Below are positions 36,834 to 45,567 of a stretch of 64,000 nt of DNA, in pieces. The notes beneath the pieces are model-generated. The model was not told the DNA's origin. It searched no databases and saw nothing but the letters and a program-made list of their open reading frames with translations. Where the stretch lies: assembly GCA_033720815.1 (NCBI GenBank), contig JAWWBT010000001.1, forward strand, positions 4,168 to 68,167. Reading direction: 5' to 3'. How positions within the stretch are numbered: the stretch's first letter is position 1; each line of letters opens with the position of its first letter. The stretch is from Gammaproteobacteria bacterium (GTDB taxonomy: Bacteria; Pseudomonadota; Gammaproteobacteria; Natronospirales; JAJUFS01). The position numbers were made by a program, and so were the translations under genes.

Positions 36834-37139
36834 TCAATCAAGCAGCTGCTCGAAAACATCGGGATAACCGTAGGATGTCGCACCACGATTGCCGGGATTC
36901 TTCGCCGGCTCGGCGCGACGTACAGGCGTTGGCGGGATCCGGTCGATATCCTCGAAATACCGGTCAACGACCATGTCTTCATACAGCTCGCCGACATATT
37001 CGCCAGTCAGCTTGTGCACGCTGGGGCCATTCAACTGCCCTACCGGTCGGCCATTCATGGCGAAGATCAGGTTGTCTTCCCAGAAGCCGACGGCATCGCC
37101 ATCCTCGTTGTATATGTAATTCGTCATCGCCTGCGGCAT
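36834..37139 (-). CDS. Hypothetical protein with repeated G-x-x-V/I-G beta-hairpin motifs (4-fold beta-flower-like)
   Basis: Track ORF of 101 aa. YIYNEDGDAVGFWEDNLIFAMNGRPVGQLNGPSVHKLTGEYVGELYED shows four short repeats. The family assignment is from memory only. Confidence 0.5.
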   Translation of the reverse strand: MPQAMTNYIYNEDGDAVGFWEDNLIFAMNGRPVGQLNGPSVHKLTGEYVGELYEDMVVDRYFEDIDRIPPTPVRRAEPAKNPGNRGATSYGYPDVFEQLLD

Positions 37140-37259
37140 CCCGCTTCCGTTTCCATTCGTGAGCTATCCATCAATTATTGCGTATCGCCAGCAGGGCGCA
37201 ATCCGCGATGACCGGATTCCCGATGAGTGGAACCCACGCCATGACTGCCGGGCATTGAG

Positions 37260-37451
37260 TCAGACATTCGACCCGCGCGGGCCGAAAAACAGCCACAGGA
37301 AGAAGCCAAGAACCGGCAGGAAAAGGATTGCCAGGACCCACAGCAGCTTGTTGGGGTTCGTACCCCGGCTCTGGACGACGTTCAGGATTGCCCAGATGTC
37401 CGCGACCAGGACAAGAAAGCCGAAGAAACCACCCACCTGCATGCTCATCAT
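37260..37451 (-). CDS. PLD-nuclease N-terminal (PLDc_N) domain small membrane protein
   Basis: Track ORF of 63 aa with two TM segments and ADIWAILNVVQS...NKLLWVLAILFLPVLGFFLWLFFGPR, typical of this family. Confidence 0.7.
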   Translation of the reverse strand: MMSMQVGGFFGFLVLVADIWAILNVVQSRGTNPNKLLWVLAILFLPVLGFFLWLFFGPRGSNV

Positions 37452-37462
37452 TGCGCCACTCC

Positions 37463-37954
37463 TTACCGCCTGGCGACGAAGTACATGATGTCGCGACTGC
37501 CACTGCGGTCACGACGATCGAATTTCATGCCCGCCTTCTCCATCACGCGTTGCGATGAGATGTTGCTGGAATCCGTGGCGCCAATGACCTTGCTGTCGCC
37601 AAGCGTTTCAAAGCCATGCGTGATCAGCAGCCTGGCGAGTTCACTGGCCAGGCCCATGCCCCAGTGCTCGGGCGCAAGGCCAAAGAGGATCTGGCGCCTT
37701 GGCGGTTCGCCGAAATACCAGAACCCGCCAAAACCGATGAGCTCATCGCCATCGGCCGGCGTGACTGCCAGCAGGCCGGTCTTTTCGTCTTCGAACATCT
37801 GCCGGCTCCTTGCCAGGAGCTTTGCCGTGTCGTCACGGCTCAGTTCGAGATTCTCCCAGAGATAGCGGCGCACATCCGGGTCGGTCCAGAGTGCATGCAG
37901 CGCATCCAGGTCGGAGTCTTCGAAAGGTCGCAGCTGAAGTCGATCGGATTTCAT
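37463..37954 (-). CDS. GNAT family N-acetyltransferase (RimJ/RimL-like)
   Basis: The track ORF starts at a TTG (37969). I prefer the ATG at 37954 (MKSDRLQLRPFEDSDLDAL), preceded by AAAGGGGA. Confidence 0.75.
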   Translation of the reverse strand: MKSDRLQLRPFEDSDLDALHALWTDPDVRRYLWENLELSRDDTAKLLARSRQMFEDEKTGLLAVTPADGDELIGFGGFWYFGEPPRRQILFGLAPEHWGMGLASELARLLITHGFETLGDSKVIGATDSSNISSQRVMEKAGMKFDRRDRSGSRDIMYFVARR

Positions 37955-38049
37955 GAATTCCCCTTTCAACCATCACGTCCTGCGCAACGGCTTCCCCCAA
38001 TCGGTTCAGCAGATACTTTCACGAATTCGGTGACGGCGACAAGCATGAT

Positions 38050-38511
38050 TCAGTTCAGCACGGCAATGGCCAGGTTCAGCGCGCCTGCAAACAGGACCCA
38101 GGCGAGGTATGGCACCAGCAACCAGGCGGCAACATGATCGCGTTCGCGAAACGACAGGATGGTGCAGACGATGAACACGGCGAGCAGCAGCAGTTCGCCA
38201 AAAGCCACCCAGGGCATGTGCAGGCCGAAGAACAGCGCCGACCACAGCGCGTTCAGGGCAAGCTGGATGAAATACGGAGTGAACGGCCGGCCGCGCTCAC
38301 CCGCGGGAACCCGCAGCCACACCCGGGCACCGGCAACCGCGATGAAAACGTAAAGCAGCGTCCATACCGGGCCGAAAAGCCAGTTCGGCGGTGTCCACGA
38401 AGGCTTGGCAATGCCCGCGTACCAGTCACCCGGCGGGAAGAACGCACCGCTACTCGCCACTGCGGCAAGCAGGAGCAGGAACGCCGGATAGACCACCACC
38501 GGGCGGTTCAT
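38050..38511 (-). CDS. tspO: TspO/MBR family tryptophan-rich sensory protein
   Basis: Track ORF of 153 aa with five TM segments and KPSWTPPNWLFGPVWTLLY. Its start overlaps the upstream stop (ATGA). Confidence 0.85.
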   Translation of the reverse strand: MNRPVVVYPAFLLLLAAVASSGAFFPPGDWYAGIAKPSWTPPNWLFGPVWTLLYVFIAVAGARVWLRVPAGERGRPFTPYFIQLALNALWSALFFGLHMPWVAFGELLLLAVFIVCTILSFRERDHVAAWLLVPYLAWVLFAGALNLAIAVLN

Positions 38512-38720
38512 TCCTCGCCCCGCTGTTCAATCTGCACCTGGACCTCGCGCAGTTCCTCGCGGGTCACGCGCTCGATTTCCAGCAAGGCATCCCGGTTCTC
38601 GAGCTGCTGTGACTGGTCTTCGAGGTCCTTGTCCAGGCCGCGCGCCAGGTCCTGCTTGATGCGCTCCAGGCGTTCCATCAGCTCGTCGCGACGGCGTTCG
38701 AGATCGGCCCGATCAGACAT
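38508..38720 (-). CDS. Small charged coiled-coil protein, function unknown
   Basis: Trimmed to the ATG at 38720 (GGAGG 6 nt upstream). The 70-aa product begins MSDRADLERRRDELMERLERIKQDL and is translationally coupled to tspO. Confidence 0.6.
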   Translation of the reverse strand: MSDRADLERRRDELMERLERIKQDLARGLDKDLEDQSQQLENRDALLEIERVTREELREVQVQIEQRGEE

Positions 38721-38779
38721 GGTCCACCTCCTCGTGGTCGACATTTCCTACAGACTAGCGGGAATCGACTGCCGCGCAC

Positions 38780-38808
38780 AAAAAAAGCCCGGCAAATTGC
38801 CGGGCTTT
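38780..38808 (-). terminator. Rho-independent terminator of the amidohydrolase pair
   Basis: The minus strand reads AAAGCCCGGCAatttGCCGGGCTTTTTTT, 28 nt after the stop at 38836. Confidence 0.85.
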
Positions 38809-38835
38809 CCGTGACATCGACAGACTGTCAGCCGC

Positions 38836-40137
38836 TCAGGGCGTGTCGTAAGCCTGTGGACGCTCTTCGTCGTCACGATAACGCTCGCGCAGCTTGATCT
38901 GTCGCGAGGTCATCTCGACCTTCTCGCCGCGGATGAATACGTGGTCCGCGAAAGTGGTTACTTCCAGCGGGTCTCCGTCCCACACCACGACATCGGCGTC
39001 ATAGCCCGGCGCGATACGACCGAAATTCTCGACACCATAGATTGCGGCAGGATTCACCGTCATTGCTTCCAGCGCCGCGGTCCACGGCAGGCCGTTCGCT
39101 ACCGCATTACCCGCGTACTGGGTGATGTTGCGCGCATTGTGCGAGCCCGCCGTGAAGGCGACCTTCACACCGGCCGCGTTCAGCGCGGCGGCATTCTGCA
39201 GGGTCGAACCGATCATCTCGAAGGACGATGGCAGGTTCTGCAGGGCATCGATGATCACCGGCACCTCGGCCGCGGCCAGCTGGTCGGCAACCATCCACGC
39301 CTCGGCGCCACCGTTGATGACGAGATCCAGGTCGAAATCCTCGGCCAGGCGCAGTACTGCCTCGATATCGCTGGCACGATGCACCGTCACGACGAACGGC
39401 ATCTCGCCACGCAATACCGGCTGCATTGCCTCGAGATCGAGGCGCGACAGCGCGTAGTCGTAGCGGTCGGCGGCCTCGAAGGCGCGGCGGTTATTACCGA
39501 AATCCTTCGCGTCCTGCAGCGCCTCGCGAAGTGCCAGCATGGCACCGCCACGGCTTTCGCCCCCGTAACCGGAACCGGTTTCACCGAAGGCGGCATGCAT
39601 GGCAGCACGATCGACAAGGATGAAATCGTCGACGCTGCCCAGCGAAATCACCGCGCTCTGGCCGTGAATCAGCTTGCCACCACTCCACGAAGTGCCCGGC
39701 ACGCTCGCCGTACGGGTCACGCCTTCAATGCGCTGCACCGGGATCAGGGTTGAACGCGGGTTGATGGCATCGGCCACGTAATGCGCCGCGTTGAAACGAT
39801 CACCGCTGTAGACATAGTCCACGGTGTCGTCCACCGCGCCGACCTCGACCAGGCCGAGGTTGGTGGAAGGATCCATCAGGCCCGGCGTGACGACCTTGCC
39901 GGCCGCATCGATCACTGTCGCGTCTTCCGGGATGACCACATCACTGCCGACCGCGGCAATGCGGCCGTCACGGATCAGCACGGTGCCTTCCTTGATCACG
40001 CCGGCCTCGGCCTGCGTGTGGACCACGCCATTGATGATCGCAAAGGTCTCCGCGTGCACCGCCGTCGAAAGGAATCCGAAGCAGAGCAGCGAGAGCGTGA
40101 GGAAATGTCTCAGGTTGTTTCTCATGTGCTGTCTCAT
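38836..40137 (-). CDS. Secreted metal-dependent amidohydrolase family protein
   Basis: Track ORF of 433 aa with a signal peptide (LLCFGFLSTAVHA) and the C-terminal GRIAPGYDADVVVWDGDP, typical of the amidohydrolase superfamily. Its start overlaps the upstream stop. Confidence 0.75.
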   Translation of the reverse strand: MRQHMRNNLRHFLTLSLLCFGFLSTAVHAETFAIINGVVHTQAEAGVIKEGTVLIRDGRIAAVGSDVVIPEDATVIDAAGKVVTPGLMDPSTNLGLVEVGAVDDTVDYVYSGDRFNAAHYVADAINPRSTLIPVQRIEGVTRTASVPGTSWSGGKLIHGQSAVISLGSVDDFILVDRAAMHAAFGETGSGYGGESRGGAMLALREALQDAKDFGNNRRAFEAADRYDYALSRLDLEAMQPVLRGEMPFVVTVHRASDIEAVLRLAEDFDLDLVINGGAEAWMVADQLAAAEVPVIIDALQNLPSSFEMIGSTLQNAAALNAAGVKVAFTAGSHNARNITQYAGNAVANGLPWTAALEAMTVNPAAIYGVENFGRIAPGYDADVVVWDGDPLEVTTFADHVFIRGEKVEMTSRQIKLRERYRDDEERPQAYDTP

Positions 40138-41543
40138 TGGATCTGGCCCTCCACTTCGATGATGCCGATTTCGAAATCCGTCTTCGGCTGGAAGGCAGGG
40201 TCGTTGCGGTCATACGCCAGTGCGCCGTCGATGAAGACCTGCTCGGCCTGCGAGTAGACGCTGAACGGGCTGCCGGACCAGATTACGATATCGGCCATCT
40301 TGCCGGTCTCCAGCGAACCGGTCTGGTCAGCGATACCCAGCGACTTCGCGGCATTGATGGTGAGCCAGCGCATGGCCTGTTCCGGCTTGATATCCATGCC
40401 GGCACGGTTTGCTGCGGCCATCGCCTTGGCGGCTTCCTGGTTCAGGCGCTGGATACCGACCTCGGAATCGGAATGCACGATGGCGCAGGCGCCAGCGGAA
40501 TCGACCAGCGGCACGTTTTCACGCACGCCGTCGAAGGCTTCCATCTTGAAGCCCCACCAGTCGGCCCACATCGCGGCACAGGTGCCCGCTTCGGCAAGTT
40601 CTTCGCCGATCTTGTAGGCCTCTACGGCGTGATGGAAGGTGCCCACCTTGTAGCCGAACTCGTCGGCGATATCGAGCATGACCAGCATCTCGTCGGCGCG
40701 GTAGCAATGGTTATGGATGAGGATCTCGCCCTTCAGCACGCCAGCCAGGGTTTCAAGCGCAAGGTCACGCTTTGGCGGTTCACCCTCGCCACGCTCGGCG
40801 GCTTCGAGCTTTTCCAGGTATTCCTCGGCGTCGATCCAGGCATTGCGATAGCCGGCGACATTGCCCATGCGCGTGGACGGCGAGCGACCCTTGCTGCCGT
40901 AAACACGCTTCGGGTTCTCACCGCAGGCCATCTTCAGGCCATGCGGGGCACCCGGGAATTTCATGTCCATCACGGACTGGCCCGGCACGTTCTTGAGCGT
41001 CACACCGCGGCCACCGAACAGGTTTGCTGAACCCGGCAGTACCTGCAACGAGGTCACGCCGCCGGCCAGTGCCGTCATGAAACCCGGGTCCTGCGGCCAC
41101 ACCGAATGCTCGGCCCAGACTTCCGCCGTGTTCGGCGACGTCATTTCATTGCCGTCGGCATGAGCGTCGACACCCGGCGACGGGTAATCGCCCAGGTGGG
41201 AATGCACATCGATAATGCCCGGTGTCACGAACTTGCCCTTCGCATCCAGCGTTTTCACACCCTCGGGTGCATCGACCTGGCTGCCGACCGCGGCAATCCT
41301 GCCGTCCTGGATCAGCAACTGGCCGTTCTCGATCTTCTCACCGGTGCCCGTAAACAGCGTGGCGTTGGTGATCAGCATGGCCTCGGAAGGCATCGGCTCA
41401 TAGGTGGAGGGAAAGGGTTTGTCCGCCTCAGGCGCCTTGGCCTTTGCGGATGCCGGTGCTTCGTCGCCACCGCAGCCAAGCAGGGTGACTGCGAGCAAGC
41501 CGGCCAGCGCGAGGGGAACGCGCCGGAAAGAGCATCGTTGCAT
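40134..41543 (-). CDS. Amidohydrolase family lipoprotein
   Basis: Trimmed to the ATG at 41543 (GGAGG upstream). Lipobox LLGC, IIDVHSHLG (HxH metal site) and GKMADIVIWSGSPF. Confidence 0.8.
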   Translation of the reverse strand: MQRCSFRRVPLALAGLLAVTLLGCGGDEAPASAKAKAPEADKPFPSTYEPMPSEAMLITNATLFTGTGEKIENGQLLIQDGRIAAVGSQVDAPEGVKTLDAKGKFVTPGIIDVHSHLGDYPSPGVDAHADGNEMTSPNTAEVWAEHSVWPQDPGFMTALAGGVTSLQVLPGSANLFGGRGVTLKNVPGQSVMDMKFPGAPHGLKMACGENPKRVYGSKGRSPSTRMGNVAGYRNAWIDAEEYLEKLEAAERGEGEPPKRDLALETLAGVLKGEILIHNHCYRADEMLVMLDIADEFGYKVGTFHHAVEAYKIGEELAEAGTCAAMWADWWGFKMEAFDGVRENVPLVDSAGACAIVHSDSEVGIQRLNQEAAKAMAAANRAGMDIKPEQAMRWLTINAAKSLGIADQTGSLETGKMADIVIWSGSPFSVYSQAEQVFIDGALAYDRNDPAFQPKTDFEIGIIEVEGQIQ

Positions 41544-41709
41544 CACGACCTCCAGTTTCTTCTGTTGTAGGGGAGTCGGCAGGCTACGACGAGCGCGCGA
41601 GCCACCGCAAGCGCCGAGTTCCACGGGCGCTGCAACATCGACCCGTCCATGACGGGGCAAGCCGCGCGTGTCTGTGTAGAATGAATCCAGGTTTCAAGGG
41701 GAACTCTCC

Positions 41710-43692
41710 ATGGGCGGAGCACTGCAACAGATTCTCGTCCTGCTCGGCATTACGGTGCTGGCAGTCATGATCCTGATGCGCCTGCGCCTGCCTCCGATCC
41801 TCGGATATCTCGTTACCGGCCTGCTGGTAGGACCCTATGGTCTCGGCTGGTTCGACAACACCGAAGAAACCCGCCAACTGGCCGAGTTCGGCGTGGTCTT
41901 CCTGCTGTTCACGCTTGGCCTCGAGGTCTCCCTGCCGCGCCTGCTGGTGATGAAGAAGGAAGTGCTGGTGCTCGGCAGTGCCCAGGTCGCGGTGACGACG
42001 CTGATGGCCGTAGGGCTTTCGGGGCTATTCGATATATCGCCGGAAATTGCCATCGTCATCGGTGGTGCCTTCGCCATGTCATCCACCGCCATCGTCGCGA
42101 AACAGCTGAAGGAACAGCTCGAACTGCACCAGCCCCATGGCCGCCTGTCGATCGGCATCCTGTTGTTCCAGGATATTGCCGTCGTGCCGTTCATCATCCT
42201 GATCGCTTCAATCGGCGGTGATGGCGGGCAGTCGCTATGGGAAGACCTCGGCATGGCCACGGTAAAGGGCGCGATCGCGCTGGCGATCGTGCTGGCCATT
42301 GGTCGCTGGTTGCTGCGCCCGCTGTTCCATGAGGTTGCGAAAACGCGGTCCGCGGAAATCTTCACGCTTGCGGTACTGCTGTTCACCCTCGCCTCCGCGT
42401 GGGCAACGCACGAATTCGGCCTGTCGTTGGCGCTGGGCGCCTTCCTGGCGGGCATGATGCTCGGCGAGACGGAATTCCGTCACCAGGTCGAAGCCGACAT
42501 TCGCCCGTTTCGTGACATGCTGCTCGGCCTGTTCTTCGTCACCATCGGCATGCTGGTCAATCCCCATGCGATGGAACCGGTTATCGGTTACGTGCTGCTG
42601 GGCGCGTTTTCGCTGATGGTGTTCAAGCTGGTCACGATCACGCTACTCGGTCGGCTGGTTTCGAGTAACTGGAACGCCTCCCTGCGGGCAGGCATCGTGC
42701 TGGCACACAGCGGTGAATTCTCGTTCGCACTGCTTACCCTCGCTATCGGCCAGGACCTGCTCGGTGAATCGCTGGCGCAGATCGCACTCGGCAGCATCAT
42801 GTTGAGCATGGTGTTCTCGCCACTGCTGATCCGGCATAGCGGAAGGCTCGCGCGCTTCGTACAGAGCGACCAGGAGGATGTCGAAAAGGACATGCTCGAA
42901 CACGCTGTCGCACGGCATGAACTGAATACCAAGGATCACGTCATCATCTGTGGTTACGGTCGAGTCGGCCAGAACATCGCACGTTTCCTGGAAAAGGAAG
43001 GTTTCGACTACATCGCGCTCGACCTGGACCCCTACCGTGTCCGCTCCGCGCGAGCAGCCGGCGACCCGGTTTACTATGGCGACGCCACGCACCTGGATGT
43101 ATTGCACGCAGCAGGTCTCGATACGGCAAAGATCCTGGTGCAATCGTATTACGGCGTGGAAATTTCGATGAAGATTCTCGAGCAGGTGCGCGGGAAATAC
43201 CCTGACCTGCCGATCCTGATACGTACCCGTGATGACACGCATCTCGACAAGCTGCAAAGCGCCGGCGCCACCGAAGTGGTGCCGGAAACGCTGGAAGCCA
43301 GCCTGATGATGTCGGCGCACGTGATGTCGTTCCTTGGCGTACCCATGCGGCGAATCCTCAAGGACATCCAGGACGTTCGAGAGCACCGCTATGAATTGCT
43401 GCGTTCGGTGTTCCGTGGCCAGGATGCGCAACGCATCGATGAGACCCATGCATTACGCGAGCAGCTGGCCACGGTGAAGATCAAGGAAAACAGCGAGGCT
43501 GCCGGACGGCAGTTGCAGACGCTGAACCTGGAACGCTTCGGCGTGGTTGTTACCGGCCTTCGCCGCGACGGCATTCTCGGTCGCCAACCTGACCCGGATA
43601 CCGAGCTGCGTAGTGGTGACGTGCTGGTACTGTTCGGCACGCCTGAAGACCTGGACCGCGCCGAGAACGAGATACTGAAACGCCCGGACTGA
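41710..43692 (+). CDS. CPA2-family monovalent cation:proton antiporter with C-terminal RCK/TrkA domains (KefB/YbaL-like)
   Basis: Track ORF of 660 aa with an N-terminal Na+/H+-exchanger TM domain. It then has VIICGYGRVGQNIA (Rossmann GxGxxG) and a TrkA-C-like tail. Confidence 0.85.
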   Translation: MGGALQQILVLLGITVLAVMILMRLRLPPILGYLVTGLLVGPYGLGWFDNTEETRQLAEFGVVFLLFTLGLEVSLPRLLVMKKEVLVLGSAQVAVTTLMAVGLSGLFDISPEIAIVIGGAFAMSSTAIVAKQLKEQLELHQPHGRLSIGILLFQDIAVVPFIILIASIGGDGGQSLWEDLGMATVKGAIALAIVLAIGRWLLRPLFHEVAKTRSAEIFTLAVLLFTLASAWATHEFGLSLALGAFLAGMMLGETEFRHQVEADIRPFRDMLLGLFFVTIGMLVNPHAMEPVIGYVLLGAFSLMVFKLVTITLLGRLVSSNWNASLRAGIVLAHSGEFSFALLTLAIGQDLLGESLAQIALGSIMLSMVFSPLLIRHSGRLARFVQSDQEDVEKDMLEHAVARHELNTKDHVIICGYGRVGQNIARFLEKEGFDYIALDLDPYRVRSARAAGDPVYYGDATHLDVLHAAGLDTAKILVQSYYGVEISMKILEQVRGKYPDLPILIRTRDDTHLDKLQSAGATEVVPETLEASLMMSAHVMSFLGVPMRRILKDIQDVREHRYELLRSVFRGQDAQRIDETHALREQLATVKIKENSEAAGRQLQTLNLERFGVVVTGLRRDGILGRQPDPDTELRSGDVLVLFGTPEDLDRAENEILKRPD

Positions 43693-43706
43693 GCCGGGCG
43701 CTTTCC

Positions 43707-44270
43707 TTACTCCTGCAGGCGCTGTTCGCGCGCCGGCCCCTCCATCAATGGCCCGGGCGGTACCTGCTTCAGCAATGCTTTCGCCGCGGCGCGAATGCGT
43801 TCCATCGTCACCGGCCCTTCGACCAGGCCCGATGCAATCCCTTCGTAAAGCGCCTTCCCGTCATGCAGCAGGTGCACATGCAGGGTACCGACCCGAAGTG
43901 GCACATCGCGCGGTTCAGGCAGGTGACGGTCGATCACCGCGCCAGCAAACGTCACTCGCTCATAGTGCTCTTCCTGGTATTCCTCGGTGACGTAGGTGAC
44001 GTATTCGAGCTGGATATCGCCTCCGGACTCGACCTGCCGGTAACCAAGACGCCGCATTTCCTCACCCAGCGCCGCCTCGATCTGCGCGCGTGACTGCCGG
44101 GTGCGCATCGGTCCGAGCGGCACATCGCTGCGATCCGGCACAACTTCGAATGTCGTGAAGGTGCCAATGACGTCGGTATCCACCGGATGAATCTCGACGG
44201 TAGGGCCCGAAGAACAGGCGGCAACCAGGGCCGCACAGCAACCGACCATGACAAGGTGGAAAAGTCGCAT
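43707..44270 (-). CDS. DUF4136-like lipoprotein
   Basis: Trimmed to the ATG at 44270 (MRLFHLVMVGCCAALVAACSSG, lipobox LVAAC). The upstream part of the track ORF lies in the divergent promoter region. Confidence 0.6.
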   Translation of the reverse strand: MRLFHLVMVGCCAALVAACSSGPTVEIHPVDTDVIGTFTTFEVVPDRSDVPLGPMRTRQSRAQIEAALGEEMRRLGYRQVESGGDIQLEYVTYVTEEYQEEHYERVTFAGAVIDRHLPEPRDVPLRVGTLHVHLLHDGKALYEGIASGLVEGPVTMERIRAAAKALLKQVPPGPLMEGPAREQRLQE

Positions 44271-44370
44271 GGATGAATCCCTTCCTGGTGTATTTACCTT
44301 TTTCCAGAGTAGCACCGCGCCGCCTGCGTGACCTAGAATCCGTTTTTCACCTTTCAATCGGGGCAACTGC

Positions 44371-45552
44371 ATGACCACCATCGGCACGCCACTCGGCAAC
44401 ACGGCGACGAAAATACTCCTGCTCGGCTCGGGCGAACTCGGCAAGGAAGTGGCCATCGAGGCGCAGCGTCTCGGGATCGAGGTGGTTGCCGTGGATCGCT
44501 ACGAAAATGCGCCGGCTATGCAGGTAGCGCATCGTGCCCATGTGATCGACATGCTCGATGGCGACGAGCTGCGCCGGGTAATCCTGGAGGAAGACCCGGA
44601 TCTCGTCGTGCCGGAGATCGAGGCCATCGCCACTGCCACGTTGCTGGAACTGGAAGACGAAGGTCATCGCGTCGTGCCGACCGCGCGTGCCGCGCGCCTG
44701 ACGATGGACCGCGAAGGCATCCGCCGCCTGGCCGCGGAAGATCTCGGCCTGCCGACGTCACCCTATCGCTTCGCCGATGAATTCGAGGACTTCGAAGCCG
44801 CCGTCCATGAAATCGGCATGCCCTGCGTGGTGAAGCCGGTGATGTCGTCGTCGGGCAAGGGCCAGTCACTGGTCCGCGAGGCAGCCGATATCCGGAAGGC
44901 CTGGGACTATGCGCAGGAAGGCGGCCGCGCCGGCAAGGGACGTGTCATCGTCGAGGGATTCGTGGATTTCGATTACGAGATCACCCTGCTGACGGTGGTT
45001 CACACCGACGGCACATCGTTCTGCGCACCGATCGGTCACCGCCAGGAAGATGGCGACTATCGCGAATCCTGGCAGCCGCACCCGATGACCGACACTGCCC
45101 TCCAACGGGCGCAACAGGTTGCCGGCGCCATCACCAACAATCTTGGCGGCTACGGCATCTTCGGAGTGGAGCTTTTCGTGAAGGGCGATAACGTGTGGTT
45201 CAGCGAGGTATCACCGCGTCCGCACGACACCGGCATGGTGACGATGATTTCGCAGGATCTCTCGGAATTCGCGTTGCACCTGCGTGCCATCCTGAAATTG
45301 CCGATACCCGAGATTCGCCAGCACGGCCCTTCCGCCTCGGCCGTGATCCTGGTCGAAGGCGAAAGCGATGCCGTGCAGTTCGGCAATATCGAACGCGCGC
45401 TGACCGAGCCCGACACGGAACTGCGACTCTTCGGCAAGCCGACAGTGTCCGGTCGCCGTCGCATGGGCGTGGCGCTCGCGCGTGGGGAAGATGTCGAGGA
45501 TGCTCGCCGCAAGGCGCGCGATGCGGCAGGCGCGGTCAGCGTGAAAACCTGA
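44371..45552 (+). CDS. purT: Formate-dependent phosphoribosylglycinamide formyltransferase
   Basis: Track ORF of 393 aa with [22 protein letters not shown] and an ATP-grasp core; the C-terminal region is also typical of PurT. Confidence 0.9.
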   Translation: MTTIGTPLGNTATKILLLGSGELGKEVAIEAQRLGIEVVAVDRYENAPAMQVAHRAHVIDMLDGDELRRVILEEDPDLVVPEIEAIATATLLELEDEGHRVVPTARAARLTMDREGIRRLAAEDLGLPTSPYRFADEFEDFEAAVHEIGMPCVVKPVMSSSGKGQSLVREAADIRKAWDYAQEGGRAGKGRVIVEGFVDFDYEITLLTVVHTDGTSFCAPIGHRQEDGDYRESWQPHPMTDTALQRAQQVAGAITNNLGGYGIFGVELFVKGDNVWFSEVSPRPHDTGMVTMISQDLSEFALHLRAILKLPIPEIRQHGPSASAVILVEGESDAVQFGNIERALTEPDTELRLFGKPTVSGRRRMGVALARGEDVEDARRKARDAAGAVSVKT

Positions 45553-45567
45553 ATCGCTGGAACCGGG

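Noticed and set aside
41677-41682. TAGAAT -10-like hexamers recur in three intergenic regions (41677-41682 before the CPA2 gene, 44334-44339 before purT, 62367-62372 before the response regulator).
   Set aside because: None has a convincing -35 at 16-18 bp, so I cannot support them as promoters from sequence alone. TSS mapping would be needed.
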